Shown here piece by piece: positions 1 to 9,032 of a stretch of DNA of 64,000 bases. This DNA comes from a virus. The notes under the pieces are model-generated. The model saw only the letters and a list, made by a program, of their open reading frames with translations. It ran no database searches and was not told the DNA's origin. Position 1 is the first letter of the stretch; the number at the start of each line of letters is the position of its first letter. The stretch lies in the IMG/VR virus record IMGVR_UViG_3300027861_000011, positions 1 through 64,000 of that record. One strand, given 5' to 3'. The translations under genes were made by a program, and so were the position numbers.

Positions 1-105
1 CCTTTCATGTTCGTTATCTTCTTCTAAATATAATAAAACGGCAGCTTCTTGTTCGGGACCAAAGTATAAATCATTTTTCCTCTTACGACCTCTCTTCTTT
101 GCCAT
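1..105 (-). CDS. Partial ORF (N-terminus only), possibly a late-transcription sigma factor (gp55-like)
   Basis: Not in ORF track. Manual translation from ATG at 105: MAKKRGRKRKNDLYFGPEQEAAVLLYLEEDNEHER, open to the window edge. The basic tail plus YF..E.E.A..Y pattern recalls phage late sigma factors (inference from 35 aa). Confidence 0.4.
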   Translation of the reverse strand, partial: MAKKRGRKRKNDLYFGPEQEAAVLLYLEEDNEHER

Positions 106-106
106 T

Positions 107-922
107 TTAGATTGTTGTTTCCTCGTATGTTATTTCTCTTTCATTAGGGAAGTAATACTCTTTCTTAGCTTGGGCTAACCACCAATTAGCTTCAACTGGA
201 TTCATCTCACCTTTATATGATGCAAATAATGAACCTTCTCTCTGGTTAATATGTTTGTATCCGTATCTAGGAATAATCATTACTCTAGCATCATTGAATG
301 TCATTCTAAGTAAGAATTCATAAATGAATGTTAATTTAATATTTTTCTTAAACCCACCAAAATCATCAAATGTAGATTTTTTCATAGTCATTCCATCAAT
401 ATTAAAGTTTTGAAACGCTAAAAGAGCGTTATTATCTAAAACACCTAATTCATCTGAAAAGCTATTCGCCCATGCAGCTTCGTTTGTAAGACCCATAAAC
501 CCACCATCTGTAGCATTAACATCTACAATAATCGGTAGGAATATATCAACATCATCATGTGCTGTTTTATATTCCATGACATTCTTGAACCATTTGTTTG
601 AATATTCGTCATCAAATTCTAGAAAGCTAAACCATTCTGTCTTAACATTCTCAACCCCAAAGTTTATTTGAGTTTGGAAGTCACTTCCATTTGGGTTACT
701 TATTATACGAACTATACTCTTAGCGTCACCAAAATCAAAATCTTTAAGAGTTTTTTCCACCTCTGAACCAGTTGGTACTACAATAAGTAATTCATCTGGT
801 TTAACTATTTGTTCTGTTACGCTAGTAATAGCGCCTTTGAATAGCGTTGTATCATTATCAGTTACTAATTCGTGAACTGGAAGTACTACGGTAATATCTG
901 TTGTTAATTTTTTCTTAGCCAT
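107..922 (-). CDS. Glycosyltransferase, GT-A fold (GT2-like)
   Basis: ITVVLPVH start, 'NFGVENVKTEWFSFLEFDD' DxD-type motif, 'YEFLLR' late motif. Confidence 0.8.
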   Translation of the reverse strand: MAKKKLTTDITVVLPVHELVTDNDTTLFKGAITSVTEQIVKPDELLIVVPTGSEVEKTLKDFDFGDAKSIVRIISNPNGSDFQTQINFGVENVKTEWFSFLEFDDEYSNKWFKNVMEYKTAHDDVDIFLPIIVDVNATDGGFMGLTNEAAWANSFSDELGVLDNNALLAFQNFNIDGMTMKKSTFDDFGGFKKNIKLTFIYEFLLRMTFNDARVMIIPRYGYKHINQREGSLFASYKGEMNPVEANWWLAQAKKEYYFPNEREITYEETTI

Positions 923-928
923 ATCTAT

Positions 929-2056
929 TTATTTTTCTGAAGTTTCGACTTGTGCTGAAACTTTTGTAATTATATTATTAAATTCGGCTTTTCTAGCCTC
1001 AACCAATCCACCATAAATTTTAGCAATCTCTGTTTTTTGATTTTCCATAGTATAAGCACCTTTAGAAGCTTCAATACCTTCCATTAAATCTGTAGGTAGG
1101 TTATCTTCTAACCATACTTTCATATAAGTGTTAATTAGTTCTGGAATATTTAAATGTGTGTTAGTCCACACACCGTTATTTTTAATTTTACTATTTCCAG
1201 CTTCATCTATTTCTTCCATCCATTCTGGAATCATATTAGGCATCTTACCAATAACTGGTGTATTACACTCAATGGCTTCTAGCGGGAACGTACCAAATCC
1301 AGAAGTATCATCAAGCCATATCGCTAAACAAGACTTACCTAATTCATCGGCAAATTGTTTTCTAGGTAATCCTCTTAATTCCTTAAATGTAACCCATTTA
1401 TAAAGTGGAAATTGCAGATAAAACATCTTAGCAATTTTAGCTGCAACACCTTGTTCTCTAGTCATAATAGAAATTACTGGAATCTTAGGTTTATCAGAAT
1501 TAACGAAGTAATCTGGGATACCAACTGGTACTACATGTGTATTAATTGAAGGAAAAAGACTTTTAATAAAATTACCTTGTTTTTTACTTGTAGTAATTAC
1601 ATCGTTAAATCCATAATCACTCCATCTTCTACCGAGTGGTAATAACTCTAATAAGTAATCGTAACTTTGAGAGAAAACAATTTTCTTACAAGGGAATTTC
1701 TTAACTTGGTCCATTACATTTGAGAATATCTCTGGAATAATGATAAAATCTTGTGGTCCAACATTTAATTGTTGACCTTCAATAGATACGTGTGGTAATT
1801 CAGCGTATTCTTCACCTAGCCAATCAGCTAGACCAATACCTTCTTGGTCACCCCTTAGTTTATAATCATTTTTTTCGTGTAGGATATGTGCGTTATAACC
1901 TAAATCAATTAATGTTTTTACGTGCTCATAAATATTTGCTATACCAGCAGTTGGATTTCCTTTTGTGTCCAACGTAAAAAAGTATAAGCCAAAATCTTTA
2001 TTATCTAATTTAGATATAATTTCTTCGACTTGTTGTTTTTGTACTTGTTCTTCCAT
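929..2056 (-). CDS. Glycosyltransferase, GT-B fold-like
   Basis: 'AGIANIYEHVKTLIDLGYNAHIL', 'DFIIIPE', C-terminal 'GFGTFPLEAIECNTPVIG' donor-binding motif. Confidence 0.7.
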   Translation of the reverse strand: MEEQVQKQQVEEIISKLDNKDFGLYFFTLDTKGNPTAGIANIYEHVKTLIDLGYNAHILHEKNDYKLRGDQEGIGLADWLGEEYAELPHVSIEGQQLNVGPQDFIIIPEIFSNVMDQVKKFPCKKIVFSQSYDYLLELLPLGRRWSDYGFNDVITTSKKQGNFIKSLFPSINTHVVPVGIPDYFVNSDKPKIPVISIMTREQGVAAKIAKMFYLQFPLYKWVTFKELRGLPRKQFADELGKSCLAIWLDDTSGFGTFPLEAIECNTPVIGKMPNMIPEWMEEIDEAGNSKIKNNGVWTNTHLNIPELINTYMKVWLEDNLPTDLMEGIEASKGAYTMENQKTEIAKIYGGLVEARKAEFNNIITKVSAQVETSEK

Positions 2057-2078
2057 TTTATTTTTATTTTTATTTTTA

Positions 2079-2447
2079 TTATATTTCTTTTATTATTCCG
2101 TAATTTATAAGTGTATTATAACTTAATTTAAACGGTAATGTTGTTTTACTTAAACCTCTCTCAACCCCCAATGAATCGTCAATATCTTCATTATATGTTA
2201 AAACTACTTCAAAAAGCAGTCTAACCATTTCATATCTTGTCATATCGATTTCTCTACCCTTAGTAAATGTTTTAGTGTAAACCTCTTTACCAACGCATTC
2301 ATCACCTTCGTAAATTTCTTTAACATCAACTTCGGTTACTTCACCATAAGCAAGACTTTTATCTGAATTTAACATTGTATGCATAGCTTCAAAATCTATT
2401 ACATATTCAACCCCACCAATATCTAGTAAATTATCCATATTAATCAT
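2079..2447 (-). CDS. Hypothetical phage protein
   Basis: 122-aa acidic ORF coupled to neighbours; no motif recognised. Confidence 0.7.
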   Translation of the reverse strand: MINMDNLLDIGGVEYVIDFEAMHTMLNSDKSLAYGEVTEVDVKEIYEGDECVGKEVYTKTFTKGREIDMTRYEMVRLLFEVVLTYNEDIDDSLGVERGLSKTTLPFKLSYNTLINYGIIKEI

Positions 2448-3051
2448 CTATTTCTTCGTATGTCGTTATTTTAGTGTTAAGTATTTTTTCTCTAAGGTCC
2501 TCGTCAGCCATGAACTCAAGAATTGAGTCTAATTCAAAATCAGATTTTGAATCTTTATTGTAAGATGTGTTTATTTTGATTGATAATTTACCTTCTGGTT
2601 TTGATTCTAAAGCCATTGGGTTGGCTGTGATTAAAACATCCACACCATCCCAATATTCATTGTAGTTCTTTACAAATCGAATATTTTCTGCTCTACAAGA
2701 TAATTTAGATAGAAAGAATAATGTGGATGGGATGCTTTTATTAACTTCTCTTGAAACAATTTCAATTTCATGCTCCTCTTCATCCTTAATGTCCATATGG
2801 AACATATTGAATTTATTCATTAGGTTATTGTCAGTCTGGTCAGCATGACCAAATATCTCTAACGCTGCTTCATCATAAATAAACTTATTCATTTCATCAA
2901 CAGATTCGAAGTTAAAATACTTCATCAAATCAAATTCAGTTATGGTATCTTCTTCTATATCAGTTTCTCTAATATATTTTTCATATGTATAAGTTAATTG
3001 ACCTAAAAAGTCCCTTAACACTTCATTTAACGTTACCCCAATTCGAGCCAT
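2440..3051 (-). CDS. HAD-fold 5'(3')-deoxyribonucleotidase-like protein with degenerate motif I
   Basis: 'RIGVTLNEVLRDF' aligns by eye to HAD motif I (IxxDxDGVLxDF) with both Asp replaced; 'IEIVSRE' motif II; 'DVLITANP' where IDD is expected. Confidence 0.6.
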   Translation of the reverse strand: MARIGVTLNEVLRDFLGQLTYTYEKYIRETDIEEDTITEFDLMKYFNFESVDEMNKFIYDEAALEIFGHADQTDNNLMNKFNMFHMDIKDEEEHEIEIVSREVNKSIPSTLFFLSKLSCRAENIRFVKNYNEYWDGVDVLITANPMALESKPEGKLSIKINTSYNKDSKSDFELDSILEFMADEDLREKILNTKITTYEEIDD

Positions 3052-3087
3052 ACCTATTTATTTTTTATTATTTTAATAATAATATTA

Positions 3088-3116
3088 ATAGTAAGTAGGT
3101 ATAGCTATAAAGTAAA
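3088..3116 (-). promoter_or_regulatory. Putative sigma70-like promoter TTTACT-N17-TACTAT
   Basis: Hexamers with 17-nt spacing in the intergenic gap upstream of 3051. Confidence 0.45.
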
Positions 3117-3118
3117 CC

Positions 3119-3982
3119 TTAACCTTTAAATTTTCTTTTAAAAAATATTCTTAATCTTCTGAATAATTTGTTTTTTTTCTTAGGTTTTTTATCTTTTAAA
3201 TAAACTGGTTTTAGAACTGGCCTAGATTGTTTGATTTTAGTTGGTCTATTATTAATTACTGTTTCGTAATTATCTAATATCTTACTAATAATTTTATTTC
3301 TTACTATATCATCATTAGTGAATTCAAAGAAACCAATCTCTGTAATATTTCTATGTCTATTCATTACGTCATATAACCCACTGTCATTTACATATTTATA
3401 TTTATCTGATTGGTCTAAATCCCCAGAAAGAACATATTTAGAATTTGTACCGATTCTAGTTAGAAGTGTTTTAACTTGTTCTGGTGACATATTTTGTACC
3501 TCTTCAACAATCACTATAGAATTATCGATTGTCTTACCTCTAAGGAACCCTAATGGCTCAACTTTTATTATTTCAGCATCTTCTAATTGAGTCCTTGCTG
3601 ATTTACCAATTATCTTATCAATAATATCTAAAGACGATGCAACGTGTGGTTCCATCTTTTCTCTCATATCTCCAGGTATGAAACCTAATTTCTCCCCAGC
3701 CTCAACTGCTGGTTTAACAATAACAAGTGTTTCATGTTGATTTGTTTTGTTTTGTATTAATTCAATTGCTCTAGCAATAGCTACAAATGACTTACCTACA
3801 CCAGCTGGTCCAGACGAGATAATAATTTCTTTATCCGTTATTAAATTTGCGAATTCTTTTTGTTTTACATTCTTACACTTAAGTCTACGCTTTGTTTTTA
3901 AAACTTTATTTATAAAACTTACGTCTTGTTCTGGTTCTTGATTTGTCGTTTTAGTGGTATTCTTTCTGGTGCCTTTAGTCAT
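3119..3982 (-). CDS. phoH: PhoH-family ATPase
   Basis: Walker A 'SGPAGVGKS', 'EKLGFIPGDMREKMEP', 'FLRGKT', 'VEEVQN', 'LSGDLDQSD', 'IVRN'. Confidence 0.95.
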   Translation of the reverse strand: MTKGTRKNTTKTTNQEPEQDVSFINKVLKTKRRLKCKNVKQKEFANLITDKEIIISSGPAGVGKSFVAIARAIELIQNKTNQHETLVIVKPAVEAGEKLGFIPGDMREKMEPHVASSLDIIDKIIGKSARTQLEDAEIIKVEPLGFLRGKTIDNSIVIVEEVQNMSPEQVKTLLTRIGTNSKYVLSGDLDQSDKYKYVNDSGLYDVMNRHRNITEIGFFEFTNDDIVRNKIISKILDNYETVINNRPTKIKQSRPVLKPVYLKDKKPKKKNKLFRRLRIFFKRKFKG

Positions 3983-3985
3983 ATA

Positions 3986-4957
3986 TTAATTTTTAGCTTC
4001 TTTGTTTTTATATTTATTATCTAATTCTCCCATTCTGTACTTCTCTAATAAATATTCACCATTTACTATAACTTCAGCTTTAAATTTAATTACATAAAAA
4101 CCATTGTATTCAATTATCTTATCAAAACTAGTAATCATATATTGGAATTGACGGAAGTCTTTAGCACCTACAGTTTTATATGAAGTGAAACCCACTCCTA
4201 CAATATCAAGTATGTCAGAAACCTTTGGCTTCTTTATAGCTCTTTTAATTTCAGATATAAGGAGTCTAGTCTTTCTGTCATATTCATCTGGGTATTTACT
4301 AATGTAAAATTCAAGTAATCTATCGGAATCATTAATCTTTCTAACGTTAAGCTTCTTGGAATATTTTTCTATTTCAAACTTAGGTCTTAAATCTCTAACA
4401 ACTTTAATTGGTCTTTCGGCTTTAATGAAGGATTGATAATCGTCACTACTTATTTCACCTAGTGTTGCTGATTCAGAACCATCGTCATGATTAATTGACT
4501 CTTTCTGTTCTTCCTCATTATAGGCATTAATATTATCATTATTCATAATATCACTACCACTCATTGTTATCTCGTTATTATCAACAACTAATTCAAGAGG
4601 GTAATCGTCATGTGTATCCATTTTTACTTTACCTAGTAGAATCTTTTGACTAACAGAGTCTGGTGCTTTAGTATCTAGAATAGGGAAACCATCTTCATCA
4701 ACACCTAAGTCTTTGATTATGTAATCATTTGAAGCGTCAAGTATCTTAAGTATTCTCCATCTTAGGAGTTTAACTTCCTCAGTTATTTCACCTTGAACTA
4801 GGGAGTCAGCTAGAGTACCTTGATTGTATCTTTGGTGGTTACCTGTGTCATTTCCTAAATCCACAGATTCTTGACCTAATGCATTCTTCTCAACACTAGC
4901 CATTGCTATTGCTATTGCACTTATTTGTCTTTTAAGCCATTTCATAATTTTTTTCAT
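3986..4957 (-). CDS. Hypothetical phage protein
   Basis: 323-aa ORF with amphipathic N-terminus; no catalytic motif recognised. Confidence 0.7.
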   Translation of the reverse strand: MKKIMKWLKRQISAIAIAMASVEKNALGQESVDLGNDTGNHQRYNQGTLADSLVQGEITEEVKLLRWRILKILDASNDYIIKDLGVDEDGFPILDTKAPDSVSQKILLGKVKMDTHDDYPLELVVDNNEITMSGSDIMNNDNINAYNEEEQKESINHDDGSESATLGEISSDDYQSFIKAERPIKVVRDLRPKFEIEKYSKKLNVRKINDSDRLLEFYISKYPDEYDRKTRLLISEIKRAIKKPKVSDILDIVGVGFTSYKTVGAKDFRQFQYMITSFDKIIEYNGFYVIKFKAEVIVNGEYLLEKYRMGELDNKYKNKEAKN

Positions 4958-5927
4958 AATATTCTAACCAATATTTAACCATTTCATCTAACATTGTTTC
5001 AAACGTATATTTAGGTTTCCAATCTAATTCATTTCTAATTTTACTTGAATCTCCTTTAAGGTCTCTTAACTCTTCTGGTCTTAAGTGTTTTGAATCCATT
5101 ATAATATAATCCTCATAATTTAAATCTAAAACGTTAAATGTGTATTCACATAACTCTTTAACTGAGTGAGAGATTCCAGTAGCACAAACATAATCATCAG
5201 GTTTATCTGTTTGTAACATAAGCCACATTGCTTCTACATAATCCTTAGCATGTCCCCAGTCTCTAGTAGCGTCTAAATTACCTAATGATAATTTATCTTG
5301 TAACCCTAATTTAATTCTAACTGCGGCCTTAACAACCTTATTGGTTACGAAGTTCGTGCCTCTTCTTGGTGATTCGTGATTAAAAAGAATTCCATTCCAT
5401 ATTTTCATATTATATGAATTTCTATAATTCCTACAAATATTATAAGAGAAAACCTTTGCACATCCATAGGGACTTACAGGGTCTAACTTTGTACTTTCTC
5501 TTTGGTATCCATCGCAATCAATATTATTACCAAACATTTCTGAAGAACTAGCTTGGTATATTTTTGATTTAGGTGATACCATTCTTACGGCTTCTAAAAG
5601 GTTAAGTGTGCCAACTCCTGTAACATTAGCGGTATAAATTGGTTGGTCGAAACTAACCCTTACGTGTGATTGAGCTGCTAGATTATAAATTTCATCTGGT
5701 TGTACTTTGGTTAGAACTCTAACTAGTGATGCCATGTCTGTAAGGTCAGAATATTCTAAATTAATTGACTCATTTCTAACTAAATGTTCAATTCTGGTAG
5801 TTTGTGTTTCTGATACTGAATTTCTTTTTACAGTCCCCCATACTTCGTAATTCTTATTTAATAGGAACTCAGCAAGATATGAGCCATCTTGGCCGTTAAT
5901 ACCTGTGATTAAAGCTTTTTTACTCAT
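4932..5927 (-). CDS. gmd: GDP-mannose 4,6-dehydratase
   Basis: 'KKALITGINGQDGSYLAEFLL', 'YNLAAQSHVRVSF', 'YQASSSEMFG', 'SPYGCAK', 'NHESPRRG', 'RDWGHAKDYV'. Confidence 0.97.
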   Translation of the reverse strand: MSKKALITGINGQDGSYLAEFLLNKNYEVWGTVKRNSVSETQTTRIEHLVRNESINLEYSDLTDMASLVRVLTKVQPDEIYNLAAQSHVRVSFDQPIYTANVTGVGTLNLLEAVRMVSPKSKIYQASSSEMFGNNIDCDGYQRESTKLDPVSPYGCAKVFSYNICRNYRNSYNMKIWNGILFNHESPRRGTNFVTNKVVKAAVRIKLGLQDKLSLGNLDATRDWGHAKDYVEAMWLMLQTDKPDDYVCATGISHSVKELCEYTFNVLDLNYEDYIIMDSKHLRPEELRDLKGDSSKIRNELDWKPKYTFETMLDEMVKYWLEYYEKNYEMA

Positions 5928-5964
5928 ATGTTAAAGGTACTGCATATAAATAAAAAAATAAATA

Positions 5965-6579
5965 CTAAATCTTATAAAATAAGTCAAAATCTTTTTTAAA
6001 TGTTTTATAAATCTTATCCCTTACTTCGTCACTTAATACAGAATCATTCTTACTACTATTTAAGTGTTTTAAATCATTATTAAAACCGTACTTCTCAGCA
6101 ACAACCGAAAAGTCTTCAGCTAATGTCTCTTGTTTCATTACATGGTCAACAATTAAATTACCATCATTATCCGTTACCCATTTGTGTTGGTGGAGTGGAT
6201 TTGAACCATCCCAGAACGGATTATGTTTTTTATGTGACGGCCATTCCCAATGTGTAGGAAAATCTTTGTTCGCCCATTCTTCAATAGTATCTGGGTAGAA
6301 GTCTTTAACATCTTGACCTATATTTTTATGAGTCTTATGAAAATCATACCAAGATTTAATTAAATCATAGGGATTTCTAACACAAGCGAAACTATATCTA
6401 TTATCCCATTCATAAGTACTAATTTGATTCTTAATCGTAATTGCTTTATTATGTTGAAATGGATAGAAATTTTTAACCTTAAGTATTTTATCCCATATTG
6501 TATTTGTTCCCGTTTTAGGTATGGCAACAAATATGTAATCATTTTTCTTTATCTCTACAATATGTTTATTTAATCCCAT
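5965..6579 (-). CDS. Sulfotransferase (Sulfotransfer_2-like)
   Basis: 5'-PSB-like 'FVAIPKTGTNTI' and 3'-PB-like 'VRNPYDLIKSWY'. Confidence 0.8.
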   Translation of the reverse strand: MGLNKHIVEIKKNDYIFVAIPKTGTNTIWDKILKVKNFYPFQHNKAITIKNQISTYEWDNRYSFACVRNPYDLIKSWYDFHKTHKNIGQDVKDFYPDTIEEWANKDFPTHWEWPSHKKHNPFWDGSNPLHQHKWVTDNDGNLIVDHVMKQETLAEDFSVVAEKYGFNNDLKHLNSSKNDSVLSDEVRDKIYKTFKKDFDLFYKI

Positions 6580-7175
6580 TTAAAAACTTTTACATTTTTA
6601 CCCCTAATAGTATTTAATAAATCTTGTGTTGTTTTAACATTTTCACCATTAACAAATCTCTCATGTGTTTCCACATATAATTCATCCATGATAGATACAG
6701 TACCCTCTTTCATTAAGTGTCTTAACACATCATATTCAGCACCTTCAATATCCATCTTAACAATTACTTGGTCGTACTCACTAAATTGTTCTAAAAACTT
6801 TGAGAAGTTTATTGCTTCGATTGGGACGATATTATCAAGTCTTTTTCCATGGCCATCAATGTTCTCAATCTTATCATTTTTAATTCTACATCCAACACTA
6901 GTTAATTCACCAGGTTCTCCGCTACCACCCATACCATTGGGTGCATCATATTTCTTAGACCTAACACCCCTAGCAAATTCAAGAGTAGATTCTTCAATCC
7001 AAATCGCTTTCTGATATCCAGTAGCGTTTTTAATATTAGTATAATTTAATTCAATATCTGGGTTTGGTTCGAATGAATGTATTTCCCATTCATCATTATT
7101 AAAGAATTTAAACTTCTTGTTAAATTCTTGTAATCCTTGTCCTAGGTTTGCACCACAATCTATAAAAACTTTCAT
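6570..7175 (-). CDS. FkbM-family methyltransferase
   Basis: 'FIDCGANLGQ', 'SFEPNP', 'VKMDIEGAEYDVL', 'LYVETH'. Confidence 0.88.
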   Translation of the reverse strand: MKVFIDCGANLGQGLQEFNKKFKFFNNDEWEIHSFEPNPDIELNYTNIKNATGYQKAIWIEESTLEFARGVRSKKYDAPNGMGGSGEPGELTSVGCRIKNDKIENIDGHGKRLDNIVPIEAINFSKFLEQFSEYDQVIVKMDIEGAEYDVLRHLMKEGTVSIMDELYVETHERFVNGENVKTTQDLLNTIRGKNVKVFKWD

Positions 7176-7199
7176 TATCGTTAATTTATTAATCTTATT

Positions 7200-7829
7200 T
7201 TATAAATGACACCTTTTCAAGTGTTTTTTAACTAATTCATTAAATTCAACTTTCTCAATGAATTTAGAATCTTTAGTTTTAATATAAGCGCCAGATGAAT
7301 AATAACACATTGGGTACTTTACTGCTGGATTTCTAACTTCAGTAGTTGCTGTAATCAATTCGTAATTACAAGCCTTAGCTAGTTCACTCCAAAACTCTGT
7401 ATTATATTCCCAGAAACCATGTTTTGGCCACGGCCTATTAAGTAGTGTTTTATGTTGTTCAGAATCCATTGGAACTGCGTGACCATATACACATCCTTCA
7501 GCACCCCAGTCATGTAATTGTTTAAAGACACTATATTGGTCTATAACATGTTCACTGGTTCCGTGATTAGTTACAATATGAAACTTACCATTAAACTCAG
7601 CTCTAGGTTTGGTTAGGTCATGTCTAACCGCACCATTCTTTCCATTCATATCAACAGATGTATGAATGTAACCCAAACTTGTGTAGTAAGGTTTTGCAAC
7701 ATTAAATTTTATTTTCTCAGCGTACCATGGATTAATTACCTGGTCACCTAATTCTAACATCTCTTTACCTTCTGCATTAGCTATAACGTATTTTTGGATG
7801 AATTTTGATTGATATTCGCAAATTGCCAT
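7200..7829 (-). CDS. Class I SAM-dependent methyltransferase-like protein
   Basis: 'MLELGDQ', 'TSVDMNG', 'DLTKP', 'IVTNHGTSEHV' match motifs I/II/IV of glycan-cluster methyltransferases. Confidence 0.7.
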   Translation of the reverse strand: MAICEYQSKFIQKYVIANAEGKEMLELGDQVINPWYAEKIKFNVAKPYYTSLGYIHTSVDMNGKNGAVRHDLTKPRAEFNGKFHIVTNHGTSEHVIDQYSVFKQLHDWGAEGCVYGHAVPMDSEQHKTLLNRPWPKHGFWEYNTEFWSELAKACNYELITATTEVRNPAVKYPMCYYSSGAYIKTKDSKFIEKVEFNELVKKHLKRCHL

Positions 7830-7830
7830 A

Positions 7831-8403
7831 TTATTTTTCGTATTTAAATGTTATAAAGTCTTCCTTAAAATAATTATAAATCTTATTTAGTAAAGAGTCA
7901 TCTATATCTTTTTTGTTTGAAGGATTATTAATAGTTAATTCTTTATTACTATTCACAATCTCCTTTATTTCTTTAAACTCGTTATTTATTTCTTCTATCT
8001 TGATAACCTTATTAACTAATAAGTTATCACCATTATAAAGCCATTGTTTTTGTTTAAGTGGGTTTGTTGGCCACTTATGTGTTTTAGTCCAGTGTGTAGG
8101 AAATCCTTTATCTACCCATTCCTCGAATGTATCTGGATAAAAATCCTTAACTTCTTTAGTAATCTTAGGTGTGTGTTTATGGTGGAAATACCATGACCTA
8201 CATAACTCATAAGGATTTCTAACAATACCAAAACTAAATGTGTCATTCCACTTAGGTAATCTACCTTTCATGTTCTTAGACAACATGTGATACATCGGCT
8301 TACTTCCATTTACCTTGTCATCCCACTCGTACAAGTAATTGAATACTGAAGTGGAAGCACATCTAGGTTTGGATACGAATATTATCTTTTGATACGGTTT
8401 CAT
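7831..8403 (-). CDS. Sulfotransferase (Sulfotransfer_2-like), paralogue of 5965..6579
   Basis: 'FVSKPRCASTSV', 'VRNPYELCRSWY'; shares 'VKDFYPDTxEEWxxKxFPTHW' with 5965..6579. Confidence 0.78.
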   Translation of the reverse strand: MKPYQKIIFVSKPRCASTSVFNYLYEWDDKVNGSKPMYHMLSKNMKGRLPKWNDTFSFGIVRNPYELCRSWYFHHKHTPKITKEVKDFYPDTFEEWVDKGFPTHWTKTHKWPTNPLKQKQWLYNGDNLLVNKVIKIEEINNEFKEIKEIVNSNKELTINNPSNKKDIDDSLLNKIYNYFKEDFITFKYEK

Positions 8404-9032
8404 TACTTGTTAGACCCTTTACTATAAAATTTTGTATTATTTTTTAATATCTCATTGAACTCATCTTTATCCATAAATTCAGAATCATCTATTTTCTTAT
8501 AAATTGAATTACAAAAATGATTATCTGGCCATGTACCAATATTTGTGTTGATATCTATTACTTCATAACCACATTTTTCACATAATAATTCAAAAAAGTT
8601 TGTATTATATTCATACAATCCATGTGGGTTAGTTTTCCTATCATATAATTTTTGGTTTTGGGTGGTATCTAATGGTAATGAATTAACGTAAATACAACCA
8701 ACTTTACCCATATTGTGTAAATTTTTAAAACTCATATATTGATTTCTAATATGTTCAGTAGTACCAGCGTTAGTTACAATCTCAAATTTATTATGTAATC
8801 CATCTTCAACATCTTTAGTTAAATCAATTTTTAATGCACCGTCTTCACCATTCCAATCAATTGATGTATGGTTTAAACCTAAACTAGTGAAGTAGTTTTT
8901 ACCTAAACTTTCTTTAGCATTAAATTCCTTATTATTAATTACTTGATTACCTAACTCTAACATTTCTTTAATATTAGGGTTAATCTCTAGGGCAACAAGT
9001 ATCATATTTAAATTAAATTTATTATATCCCAT
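8403..9032 (-). CDS. Class I SAM-dependent methyltransferase-like protein, paralogue of 7200..7829
   Basis: 'MLELGNQVIN', 'TSIDWNG', 'IVTNAGTTEHI'. Confidence 0.7.
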   Translation of the reverse strand: MGYNKFNLNMILVALEINPNIKEMLELGNQVINNKEFNAKESLGKNYFTSLGLNHTSIDWNGEDGALKIDLTKDVEDGLHNKFEIVTNAGTTEHIRNQYMSFKNLHNMGKVGCIYVNSLPLDTTQNQKLYDRKTNPHGLYEYNTNFFELLCEKCGYEVIDINTNIGTWPDNHFCNSIYKKIDDSEFMDKDEFNEILKNNTKFYSKGSNK

